63,632 bases of DNA, filler included, from Lama guanicoe (GCA_013239625.1; 152 parts of 152 records of this genome joined end to end with filler, not necessarily neighbours in it); one strand, 5' to 3'; numbered from the whole stretch's first letter, positions 49,771-60,792 are shown. A program made the numbers and translations. The notes: a model not told the origin generated them from the letters alone.

Positions 49771-50727
49771 GTNNNNNNNNNNNNNNNNNNNNNNNNNNNN
49801 NNNNNNNNNNNNNNNNTTAATTAATTAANNNNNNNNNNNNNNNNNNNNNNNNNNNNNNNNNNNNNNNNNNNNGCGTACACCAGACACTGGAAGGACATGG
49901 AAGTAAGAAGGCAGAAAAATTCTGCATTTTGCTTTTTAGAATAGTGTAAAGTTTAAAGAAAATTTGGGAAATTCATAATGATGGAATAAAAATGTAACAA
50001 TTGCACATAGTTTACCTCCCAACCTCCACCAATTGTTAATAAATAAAATTGAAATAAAAATGTATAATGACATTCTTCTGAAATGATAACTTCAGGATTT
50101 ATAAGTGTGTATATACAGTTATCAGTATTCTCTGTCACTGACAAGTTCATGAGCTTTGCTTTCTGCTTGATAAATTTGTGTGAAGCAGTGTTNNNNNNNN
50201 NNNNNNNNNNNNNNNNNNNNNNNNNNNNNNNNNNNNTTAATTAATTAANNNNNNNNNNNNNNNNNNNNNNNNNNNNNNNNNNNNNNNNNNNNTTATCCAA
50301 TGAGGCAATCATTTGGCTTTGTGATTCCAATTAAAACACTGCATATTTATGGGGATTTTCCTTTACAAAATGCACAAAAGGCAAGATATTCATCTGACCA
50401 GAGACACTTTAAAAGTTAAGCACTGAGAAAATTGTTAACTGTTAGACAGAGGTTATAAAATGTAATAATATTGAAAAGTAAGCCTTCATTAAAAGTATAC
50501 TTATGTAGCAAATAAAACACATCATTTCAGAGCTCATCATTAGTTTTCTTTCTTCCATATGTGCTGTGCAAGTGTTTAAAATTCGTGGCTGAGTTCCACA
50601 CCAAATGAAAATNNNNNNNNNNNNNNNNNNNNNNNNNNNNNNNNNNNNNNNNNNNNTTAATTAATTAANNNNNNNNNNNNNNNNNNNNNNNNNNNNNNNN
50701 NNNNNNNNNNNNAAAAATTTTTTAAAA

Positions 50728-51032
50728 AGACCACTGTTGCCTTACTGATTTTTTCTCTGGATGACCTGTTCATTGATGTCAATGGGGTGTTAAATTGTCC
50801 TAATATCATGTGTTACTGCCAATATCTCCCTTTATGTCTGTTAGTATTTGCCTACATATTTATTTGCTCCCATATCCATTAATGAGTGTAATATCTTCCT
50901 CTTGTGTTGATCCCTTTATCATTATATAACACCCTTCCTTATTCTTTGTTATAGCCTTTCTTTTAAAGTCTATTATGTCTAACATGAGTATTGCCACTCC
51001 TGCTTTCTTGTCCTTTCCATTTGCATGAAATG
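50728..51032 (-). mobile_element. LINE-1 ORF2 endonuclease-domain fragment (antisense)
   Basis: ctggatgacctgttcattgatgtcaatggggtgttaaa...gatccctttatcattatata...gagtattgccactcctgctttc. Confidence 0.9.
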
Positions 51033-51132
51033 NNNNNNNNNNNNNNNNNNNNNNNNNNNNNNNNNNNNNNNNNNNNTTAATTAATTAANNNNNNNNNNNN
51101 NNNNNNNNNNNNNNNNNNNNNNNNNNNNNNNN

Positions 51133-51240
51133 CCAGTTAGCTTTTCAGTGAGGTTTGTTCCACATGTAGACGTATGTTTGATGTGTTCACCAGGAGAGGT
51201 GAGCTCCACATCTTCTTATTCCACAACCTTGACTGAGCCC
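51133..51240 (-). mobile_element. LINE-1 5' terminus (antisense)
   Basis: tcagtgaggtttgttccacatgtagacgtatgtttgatgtgttcaccaggagaggtgagctccacatcttcttattccac resembles a laurasiatherian L1 5' end. Confidence 0.6.
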
Positions 51241-52104
51241 ATTTCAGCATTTCAGTAAGACCATTCCAATATCTCATAGCTTCCGATGACACTGACTCCT
51301 TAAGAAAAATATCCTATTTATTGCTTTCTGTTGTTAATCTGTTTTTTGTGGCTGCTTTTAAAATTTTATTTTTACCTTTTTTCCCTAAAAGTTTTACCAA
51401 GTGTACCTAAGTGTGGTTGTCTCTATATTTATTCTTCTAGTTTTCATAGGGCNNNNNNNNNNNNNNNNNNNNNNNNNNNNNNNNNNNNNNNNNNNNTTAA
51501 TTAATTAANNNNNNNNNNNNNNNNNNNNNNNNNNNNNNNNNNNNNNNNNNNNGGGGGACCTGGGGTGAGGCATGAGGGGTCAGCTTGGTTTGCAGGGGCT
51601 GTAGCTTAGGACCTAGTGGGGCGCATACCTGGGGCAGGGACTTGGTTGGGAGGAGAAGCAGCCTTGTCTTAGGGGTGCAATGGATCGGATCGGGGACCTG
51701 GCCTGGCAGGGGGTGGGGAGGCATTGACTGGGTGGGGGTCGGTGAGCAGGGAGAGTGGGGCTGATGGGGTGTGGCCTGGCCCTGGGCCCCTGGTGTTCTA
51801 GCTGGGTGCCGGGACCCTGTGGGGGGCGCGGTGGGGGCGTTGGGTTTGGGGACCTGGCCAGCCCTGGCCGCGNNNNNNNNNNNNNNNNNNNNNNNNNNNN
51901 NNNNNNNNNNNNNNNNTTAATTAATTAANNNNNNNNNNNNNNNNNNNNNNNNNNNNNNNNNNNNNNNNNNNNGGTCGAAGTTTGGATGCTTTGGAACACA
52001 GGTCAAAACAGTTTAAACTATGTCACTAGGGAAGAGACCACATAAAATGTAGACGAAGGTGCTAATGTTGGCAGAACGGGTCCTTGTGAATGGGATGACC
52101 AGAA

Positions 52105-52290
52105 TAATAATCTTTCTCTGAGCATGCCAGGTGCTCTTCCAAGAGTTTTCCTTAGAGTAATTCATTTAATCTTCACAACAGCCCTGTGAGATAGGTATTA
52201 TTTTATGCCTCTTTTTAAAATGAGGACATCAAAGCAAAGAGAAGATAACCGGCTTGTCCACGGTCATCCAGAGACTGGGCTGGGCTTCAG
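52105..52290 (-). mobile_element. MIR
   Basis: atgccaggtgctcttcc...ttcatttaatcttcacaacagccctgtgagataggtattatt...aaatgagga. Confidence 0.8.
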
Positions 52291-52392
52291 GTNNNNNNNN
52301 NNNNNNNNNNNNNNNNNNNNNNNNNNNNNNNNNNNNTTAATTAATTAANNNNNNNNNNNNNNNNNNNNNNNNNNNNNNNNNNNNNNNNNNNN

Positions 52393-52712
52393 TTCAATAT
52401 CTTGTAACAACCTACAATGGAAAAGAATCTGAAAAAGAAAAGATATACATATACATATATATACAGATATGGATATATACGGATATATGGATAACTGATC
52501 ACTTTGCTATATACCTGAAACACAATATTGTAAATCAACTATACTTCAATAAAAAGTTGTTTTGAAAAGCAAACAAAACACAGACCAGTCAGTATCTCTC
52601 ATGAATTTAGATGCAAAATTGTCAACAAAATATTAGCAAACAGAATCCAGTAACATATAAAAAGAAAATAACACCATGACCAAGTACTATTTATTTTAGG
52701 TATGCAAGGCTC
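52393..52712 (+). mobile_element. Younger LINE-1 3' end (to ~52555) adjoining an older LINE-1 ORF2 RT fragment
   Basis: caatatcttgtaacaacctacaatggaaaagaatctg...gtaaatcaactatacttcaataaaa, then RPVSLMNLDAKLSTK-like sequence and caccatgaccaagt (HHDQV). Confidence 0.88.
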
Positions 52713-52956
52713 NNNNNNNNNNNNNNNNNNNNNNNNNNNNNNNNNNNNNNNNNNNNTTAATTAATTAANNNNNNNNNNNNNNNNNNNNNNNNNNNNNNNN
52801 NNNNNNNNNNNNGAATGTTAAATGTTCAGTTAAGGAGACTGTGAGTGATTTCTCCTGCACCTTTGCAGTGCTGCTCTTTCAATATAGTGGTTACACTTAA
52901 AATACGTGTATATATATATTTAATATAAAATATAAATATAAATATATATATATATA

Positions 52957-53016
52957 TTTAATGGAGGGACTAGGGATTGAACCCAGGACACCATGCATGC
53001 TGGCTATGCCCTCCCC
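52957..53016 (-). mobile_element. Internally deleted camelid-type tRNA-derived SINE
   Basis: tttaatggagggactagggattgaacccaggac...gcatgctggctatgccctcccc; minus strand has B-box GGTTCAATCC. Confidence 0.7.
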
Positions 53017-54072
53017 TGTGCACAATTCATCATTTAACAGGAACCCGTGTGTGACTGAATATACTGGCACCGCCTCCTTGGGCCAGAAGCAGCAGAGGGA
53101 AAGATTCTGACAGCAACAGGAAGCCTAAGAATNNNNNNNNNNNNNNNNNNNNNNNNNNNNNNNNNNNNNNNNNNNNTTAATTAATTAANNNNNNNNNNNN
53201 NNNNNNNNNNNNNNNNNNNNNNNNNNNNNNNNTTTTTTGGAGTGTTTTGGGGGGGTTAGTTTTTTGTTTTCTTTGAGTCCTTCTTAATAGTTTAAAATAG
53301 CTGTCCTTAATGGATTGATTGTAGCAGTCTGTCTCGTCATGGTTTTGGAATGGATTTGTCCTATTATCCTAGAATTAATGTCATGATGAACATGCTTTCC
53401 CAAATTAAATATTTCTTTAATCTCCAGAAAAAGTCTACCTGGGGAACCTACCTCTCATTTGTACACCCCCCTGATGCCTGCCACATCCTCTACAGTCACT
53501 TCCATAACAACTCTGAGAATGTTTACCTGCCATTTTGAAAACTGATGGTATANNNNNNNNNNNNNNNNNNNNNNNNNNNNNNNNNNNNNNNNNNNNTTAA
53601 TTAATTAANNNNNNNNNNNNNNNNNNNNNNNNNNNNNNNNNNNNNNNNNNNNACACACACACACACACACAGCACGATAAGAAATGAACAGCACAGTGGA
53701 CACTGAAGGCCTGAGCGTTGCTGGGTGGACAGACAGAACGGGGTACCACAAGCTCAGACTCTCGCAGGACCCAATGTCACCAAAACAAAGAAGAGGAAAG
53801 TAAAATCCACACAGAGTTCCTACAGAAAATCAGGAAACAGATACTCACAAAATTTAGTTGAAGAAAATCCCTGACTCCTAAAAACCATGAAGTGAAAGGA
53901 GATTTCACAGAAAATTAACTGTCCTCAAACAAGCTTTGAGGGTCAGAAACACAACCTTGAATCAGAGGCTCANNNNNNNNNNNNNNNNNNNNNNNNNNNN
54001 NNNNNNNNNNNNNNNNTTAATTAATTAANNNNNNNNNNNNNNNNNNNNNNNNNNNNNNNNNNNNNNNNNNNN

Positions 54073-54392
54073 TTAAATGGCATTAGAAATAAATAAAACA
54101 TTTAGGAATAAATCAAATTAAGGTAGATAAAATATCCATACACCTAAAATGACAAAACGGTAATGAGCAAACTGAGAAAAACAGAAACAATGTTAACAGT
54201 TTCCATGGTTATGAATTTGAAGAATAATACTGAAAAATGCCTATACCACTCAAAGCTGTCTATAGATTCAATGCAATCTTTATCAAAACTCATATGACTT
54301 TTACACAGAAATAGAGAAAGCAATCCTAAAACTTGTATGGAACCACAAAACACCCCTAATGTCAAGTCAACCTGGTTAAGAACAAATCTAGA
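54073..54392 (+). mobile_element. LINE-1 ORF2 fragment
   Basis: aaacatttaggaataaat...ctataccactcaaagctgtctatagattcaatgcaatc...tatggaaccacaaaacaccc. Confidence 0.88.
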
Positions 54393-55752
54393 NNNNNNNN
54401 NNNNNNNNNNNNNNNNNNNNNNNNNNNNNNNNNNNNTTAATTAATTAANNNNNNNNNNNNNNNNNNNNNNNNNNNNNNNNNNNNNNNNNNNNGCTTCATT
54501 CTGCCCTGGGAGCCTTCCGAACTCTTAACGGCTTCCCACTCTTCATGTATCAGGCCAACCCTGCTGACGTGCCATCAGGGCAGCCTGTGACAGTTCTTCA
54601 CTAGCCTGCAGACTCTGAGCTTCGACGTTGTGCCTTATTCACCTGTCTCCAATACCCAACACAGCTTTTGGCGAATACTGGGTACTTTCAGAAGGTCCAT
54701 TGGATTTTAGTTGCACAGCGTTTCCAGTATTGGCCCCGATTTACTAGACCCTCTTCTCTTTCTGGTCTGGTTTGCGAGGCTATCAACAGTAAGTCCATGG
54801 GCTAGCTGGCTTNNNNNNNNNNNNNNNNNNNNNNNNNNNNNNNNNNNNNNNNNNNNTTAATTAATTAANNNNNNNNNNNNNNNNNNNNNNNNNNNNNNNN
54901 NNNNNNNNNNNNACTCAGAGTGCACCCTACCTGGAGCTTATACCCTCACCCCTTACTCTGCGGGTGGGGCGGGGAATTCTGGGCTCCACCATGGCGACTG
55001 CCACCAGTGGGAGATCAGGCCTAGTGTGCCACAGCACAGCCAATGTCTGAGGCTACAGGGCACAGTGGTTACACATATTTAAGAAATCAAAATGATAATT
55101 AGTCCATTGGTGGCCTTATTATTGTTATTATTTTTTAGAGTCATATGGCATTTTTCTTTCTTTCCCGTCCACTTCCCTTAGAGTGACAATCTTCAGGTCC
55201 ATCTGTATTGCTGCAGATGGCATTATTTTCTTNNNNNNNNNNNNNNNNNNNNNNNNNNNNNNNNNNNNNNNNNNNNTTAATTAATTAANNNNNNNNNNNN
55301 NNNNNNNNNNNNNNNNNNNNNNNNNNNNNNNNGAGAATTCCGAATATCATTCCTGTTTCTCCAGGGCTGAACCCCTCTCTCAGGGGAAACGACCAGGAAC
55401 TGAAACCACAGAAGTGACCCGCCGCTTCTCCTGGGCTGAGTTGACTTTGGACCTAAACCTGCAAACCGAAAGAATATATAAGTTTTTCAAAAGACCGTAC
55501 GAACTACATCTCACAAGAAATGACCCTCTGCTCTATTTACCTTCCAGACATCCTTACGCAGACTTTGTTTTTAAGCAGTAAGTTCTGCAGAGGGGTGGGC
55601 ATGGGTGAGGTTGAAGAGGAGGGCTGGGATTCGCCTTCCTCTGGCCTCTGGGNNNNNNNNNNNNNNNNNNNNNNNNNNNNNNNNNNNNNNNNNNNNTTAA
55701 TTAATTAANNNNNNNNNNNNNNNNNNNNNNNNNNNNNNNNNNNNNNNNNNNN

Positions 55753-56072
55753 GACGGAATACTATTTGGCAAGAAAAAGGAATGAAATAATGACATGTGC
55801 TACCATGTGGATGAAACTGAACAATGTTATGATAAATAGAAGAAGCTGACAACAAAAACTGCATAGTGTTTGATTCTTTCTATATTAAATGTCCTGAATA
55901 GGCAAGTCTGTAAAGACAGAAAGTAGACGAGTGGTTGATGGGGTCCGGGGGTGGGTAGAGACTGGGTGGGGTGACTGCTAATGGGCACCAGGTTTATTTT
56001 GGGGGTGATGACAACATTCAAAAACGGATTGTGGTGGTGCACGTACAACTCTGTGAATAATACTAAAAACCA
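55753..56072 (+). mobile_element. Old LINE-1 3' end (L1MB-like)
   Basis: ggaatactatttggcaagaaaaaggaatgaaata...aaatgtcctgaataggcaagtctgtaaagacagaaagtaga...gactgctaatgggcac. Confidence 0.88.
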
Positions 56073-56459
56073 NNNNNNNNNNNNNNNNNNNNNNNNNNNN
56101 NNNNNNNNNNNNNNNNTTAATTAATTAANNNNNNNNNNNNNNNNNNNNNNNNNNNNNNNNNNNNNNNNNNNNTCCCCCAGATCCTCAGCCCAGCGCTGTG
56201 GGGATGGGTCCCCGCCACCAGTGTCCTGCACAGCTCAGGGCCTCAGTGCTGGGCCCTAACCCCCTTCAGTGCTGCCCTGCTGCATGAATTTCAAGGATGC
56301 TGTGGCTACATTCGCACAACAGACAGGAGACAGAGCTAGGACTCTGACAGGAGGCTGCTCTGAGTCTGGGAGCCTGTGCTCACTACAGGGCTGTCTTGAT
56401 TTTGAAACCACCTTAGAAGATGGAGGCTCTCACCCATTTCCCTCACTTTTCTCTTTCAG

Positions 56460-56477
56460 ACTGTGGCTTCACCTCGG
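56460..56477 (+). CDS. TRBC: T-cell receptor beta constant region exon 2 (18-nt hinge exon, (D)CGFTS)
   Basis: cacttttctctttcag|ACTGTGGCTTCACCTCGG|gtaagt; one base different from each of human TRBC1 and TRBC2 exon 2 as recalled, with canonical splice sites. Confidence 0.9.
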
Positions 56478-56592
56478 GTAAGTGGCCCTCTCNNNNNNNN
56501 NNNNNNNNNNNNNNNNNNNNNNNNNNNNNNNNNNNNTTAATTAATTAANNNNNNNNNNNNNNNNNNNNNNNNNNNNNNNNNNNNNNNNNNNN

Positions 56593-56912
56593 GTGCCTCA
56601 ATGGCTATTGATTATTTTGAATTAAAGTTATTTTTTAAATGGCCAATGCAAGAGGGACACTCTAACCCTCCCTTCGGTCTCCTTGAAAACAGGAAATAAA
56701 CTTCTTACGTGAAAGATGCATTTCCTGCATCTGGAGGTAAACGGACACCCTTATCTCCACAGACAGCAACTTCAGGCCCAGAAGCTATATAAACAAACCT
56801 TGTTACTTCCTTAATTTACTACCCTAAGTCCAAACCCTGTTTGGAGAATCTTCACTAATTGGTCACCCAAAACCCGAGTTTTTTTGTCCTGTCAATTCCT
56901 CATGAATGTATT
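56593..56912 (+). mobile_element. MER34-family ERV1 LTR fragment
   Basis: tattgattattttgaattaaagtta...gcaagagggacactctaaccctcc...acaggaaataaac...ctatataaacaaaccttgttact. Confidence 0.7.
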
Positions 56913-57432
56913 NNNNNNNNNNNNNNNNNNNNNNNNNNNNNNNNNNNNNNNNNNNNTTAATTAATTAANNNNNNNNNNNNNNNNNNNNNNNNNNNNNNNN
57001 NNNNNNNNNNNNAAAAAAAAAGACAAATCAACTTATCTACAAAACAGATACAGACTTACAGACATAAAAACAAACCAAAGCAAAACTAGTATAGAACAAG
57101 ATTAAACTTAGAAAAACACAGTAAAATTCTACTGCCACTTTTACTTCATCCTAGGGAGTCAAGAAAGGTGTACCTGGGCTTCAACTGTTTGTGAATTGCA
57201 CTTTGCTGGCAACAAAGTTTATCTGGTTCTGGTAAATAAAACCACTGACATCACAGTGGAACCTCCATCCTTGAAAACTGTTAAAAGTCTATTTTCAGGA
57301 AAAGATAAAATCATGACTCTCTTAATCAAATANNNNNNNNNNNNNNNNNNNNNNNNNNNNNNNNNNNNNNNNNNNNTTAATTAATTAANNNNNNNNNNNN
57401 NNNNNNNNNNNNNNNNNNNNNNNNNNNNNNNN

Positions 57433-57732
57433 GCCCAATCTGCCCTGACTCAGCCTCCCTCAGTGTCCAGGACTCTGGGACAGACAGTTATCATCTCCTG
57501 TGCTGGAACCAGAAATGACATTGAGGGTTATAACTTAGTGTATTAGTACCTACAGCTCCCAGGAACGGCCCCCAAACTCCTGATATATGAAGTCAATAAA
57601 GGAGCCTCAGGGATCCCTGATCGATTCTCTGGCTTCGAGTCTGGCAACACGGCCTCCTTGACCATCTCTGGGCTCCAGTCTGAGGACGAGGCTGTTTATT
57701 ACCTTGCCTCATATAGAAGCAGCAACAATGTG
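57433..57732 (+). pseudogene. IGLV2: Immunoglobulin lambda variable pseudogene, IGLV2 family (camelid-type)
   Basis: [99 protein letters not shown]. The conserved Trp is TAG (57544-57546) and the second Cys is CTT (57703-57705). Confidence 0.96.
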
Positions 57733-57752
57733 CACAGTGGTCCACGGTCATG
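57733..57752 (+). promoter_or_regulatory. RSS heptamer CACAGTG plus partial spacer
   Basis: Perfect CACAGTG (57733-57739) directly after the V region; the nonamer lies beyond the contig end. Confidence 0.9.
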
Positions 57753-57852
57753 NNNNNNNNNNNNNNNNNNNNNNNNNNNNNNNNNNNNNNNNNNNNTTAA
57801 TTAATTAANNNNNNNNNNNNNNNNNNNNNNNNNNNNNNNNNNNNNNNNNNNN

Positions 57853-58172
57853 CTTCCAGGTCCACAGTGTGAACTGTGACTGGAGTGATGCTTGAAGGGG
57901 CAAGTGTCACCTCAGGGTGTTCTGGAGGGGGAGATGTGGAATGTTCAGCTTCTGTAGTAGGTTCTGAAGTCACAGTAAGCTCCAGATTCAAAGGTTTATC
58001 TGTGACACTACAGATGACATTAGATGCTCAGGGTAATCCTGGTCTGGTGTGGGAACTGTCACTTCCTGATACAGTGAAGGCTGATGGGGCTCTAAAGGCC
58101 AAGTTGGGGTCCCCTGCATGGTTGGAGAAGGTCGAGCCTCTGTATTAGGTTCTGGGCTTAGTGTAAGTTCCA
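57853..58172 (-). pseudogene. LRRC37: LRRC37A/B-like large-exon repeat region with a frameshift
   Basis: ELTLSPEPNTEARPSPTMQGTPTWP...YQEVTVPTPDQDYPEHLMSS / SVTDKPLNLELTVTSEPTTEAEHSTSPPPEHPEVTL...VTVHTVDLE matches the LRRC37 repeat (LDLELTITPEPTTEVEHST...HPEVTL). The frame changes near 58010. Confidence 0.85.
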
Positions 58173-58371
58173 NNNNNNNNNNNNNNNNNNNNNNNNNNNN
58201 NNNNNNNNNNNNNNNNTTAATTAATTAANNNNNNNNNNNNNNNNNNNNNNNNNNNNNNNNNNNNNNNNNNNNGGCCTCCCTGATAACACCTCCTCTGCTT
58301 TCTTAGGACAGTGTGGCACCACTCCTCAGGTCCCCCATTATTTACTGTACTATAAAAAGTTTTTACTTTAT

Positions 58372-58590
58372 TAATAACAGCTACCATTTATTTCACAACA
58401 CACACTATGCTAAACACTTTATATTCATTAGTCTGTTCAACCTTCACAACAACCCTAGGACGAAGCCTCTATATAAGTTGTATAGTTGAGCAAACTGATG
58501 CCCAGAGGGATCCAGTTACTCACTCAGAATCTTACAGACAGTAATGGCGGCACCAGGACTCAACTTAGTTCAGTTATTTCAAAGACCATC
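58372..58590 (-). mobile_element. MIR
   Basis: aataacagctaccatttat...cactatgctaaacactttata...ccttcacaacaaccctag...gagcaaactgatgcccagag. Confidence 0.8.
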
Positions 58591-58692
58591 ATNNNNNNNN
58601 NNNNNNNNNNNNNNNNNNNNNNNNNNNNNNNNNNNNTTAATTAATTAANNNNNNNNNNNNNNNNNNNNNNNNNNNNNNNNNNNNNNNNNNNN

Positions 58693-59012
58693 TATTTCTT
58701 TATTTTTAAAAAATTTGTATATATATAGTGGGGGGAGGTAATTTGGTATTTTTTTTTAATTTGTATATATATATACATATAAAATGAGGGGAAGTAATTC
58801 TGTATTTATTTCTTTATTTGTAAAAAATCTGTGTGTGTGTGTATATATATATACATATATATATAGTGGAGGGCAGTAATTCGGTTTTTATTTCTTTATT
58901 TCTTATTTTTGAAAAATTTCTGTGTATATATATATAGTGGGGGGAGGTAATTCGGTATTTCTTTATTTCTTTATTTTTAAAAAATTTGTATATATATAGT
59001 GGGGGGAGGTAA
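58693..59012. repeat. Imperfect minisatellite, about 5 units of ~60-80 bp
   Basis: Unit tatttctttatttttaaaaaatttg(ta)n gtggggggaggtaatt(c)gg recurs with variable (TA)/(TG) length. Confidence 0.9.
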
Positions 59013-60372
59013 NNNNNNNNNNNNNNNNNNNNNNNNNNNNNNNNNNNNNNNNNNNNTTAATTAATTAANNNNNNNNNNNNNNNNNNNNNNNNNNNNNNNN
59101 NNNNNNNNNNNNTAAAATACAAATCTATTTTAACTTTCTGGCACTAGACAAGTTGATGGATATGATCTCTGACCTTTTATGGTAAACTCTATTTACTGCT
59201 TTTACTTTTTCTTGCTGCCGATGTATTTAGGAGAGTATCTGTGGGCCTCTTCCTGAGACTGCATTAATTCAGAGAAAACACAAAGAATTGGTTATCAGCT
59301 AGAAATCTATTCTCAGGGCTGAATTAAAGAGCAACCAACAGTCCTTAAGGAAACATGATATATATCAACTCTTCTTTCTTTTCTTGCTCAGCTGAGTTTT
59401 CTTGTAAGGGGATAGCAGGTATCTACAAATAANNNNNNNNNNNNNNNNNNNNNNNNNNNNNNNNNNNNNNNNNNNNTTAATTAATTAANNNNNNNNNNNN
59501 NNNNNNNNNNNNNNNNNNNNNNNNNNNNNNNNCATTGGTGGAGCTTCTGCCATTGGATCTGGAGATGCCATTATGCCAGGGAGTGATGGAAGGGTTGTTT
59601 TCCTTTGAGATTCCTTCACTTTGTGGTTTGTACTGTTCTTGCTGAAGCAGCAATAGAGTCTGGCTCTCTCGCCCTCCTAGAGAAACTATCTTCTACCTGA
59701 CAGTCTTAAAATTCAATTGTTTTTCTTACTACTGAGAAGATTCTGTTGCTTGCAATAAAGATACTTAAGTGATACATATGCTGAAACAATTGTGGTAAGA
59801 AAATATTTTCATATTAATAAATTGTTTTTTATTTTCCCTGTTTTTGTTTTTCNNNNNNNNNNNNNNNNNNNNNNNNNNNNNNNNNNNNNNNNNNNNTTAA
59901 TTAATTAANNNNNNNNNNNNNNNNNNNNNNNNNNNNNNNNNNNNNNNNNNNNCCAAATGCCGGTGTGAAATATCTTTAAAGACATGGTCTTAATTAATTT
60001 ATCCTCATAAACATGTCTGAAGCAAAAAGATAATTTTTGCAGCTAAACTTCTGCAGTTTTGTATCACTGGTAGGCTGTCCACCATAGTAGGAGGGGCTTA
60101 AACTAGAAGTGCACCTGCACACACACCCCCCAGAAAGCAGAATCCTTCATCTGACTTACATCATGGCTTCGTGTGGCAAGTTCAAGCTAACATCTTGAAA
60201 TTTTATATGGTAATACAAAGAAATTATTCTCCTTTTCTTGGGTTTAAAATGCCATAAGTGAATCAGGGAAATNNNNNNNNNNNNNNNNNNNNNNNNNNNN
60301 NNNNNNNNNNNNNNNNTTAATTAATTAANNNNNNNNNNNNNNNNNNNNNNNNNNNNNNNNNNNNNNNNNNNN

Positions 60373-60692
60373 TTATTCAGGTGCTTTTGAGTAGACAAAG
60401 TTACAGATCAGGGAATAAAGAGAATATTCCATACAGGTGAAGGTATAGAACTTGCAGATTTGTAGAATATGTATTTTATACAGATGCAGACCACCTCCAT
60501 CCTTCCATCTTATGATGGAAGAGTAAATCCACAGAGGGCCCCAGAAGTACACAGAAAACACACAGGGAGTGATTGGTTCTTGGTGAGCAAACGGATTTAA
60601 TAAATTCCAGTGTCCTCAATTTCACTGCCCTTTGGGACAAGATGCGTCAAAATCACCCCTTCTGCCTGCGGATGAAGCTAAGTTTACTTCCC
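60373..60692 (-). repeat. Near-duplicate (reverse complement) of 37696-38015
   Basis: Direct alignment by eye. Confidence 0.97.
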
Positions 60693-60792
60693 NNNNNNNN
60701 NNNNNNNNNNNNNNNNNNNNNNNNNNNNNNNNNNNNTTAATTAATTAANNNNNNNNNNNNNNNNNNNNNNNNNNNNNNNNNNNNNNNNNNNN

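Noticed and set aside
5859..57752. Co-occurrence of TRAV, TRBC and IGLV segments as a novel hybrid antigen-receptor locus
   Set aside because: They lie on separate contigs joined artificially and ordered by length
57876..58148. 90-aa plus-strand ORF
   Set aside because: Antisense shadow of the LRRC37-like sequence
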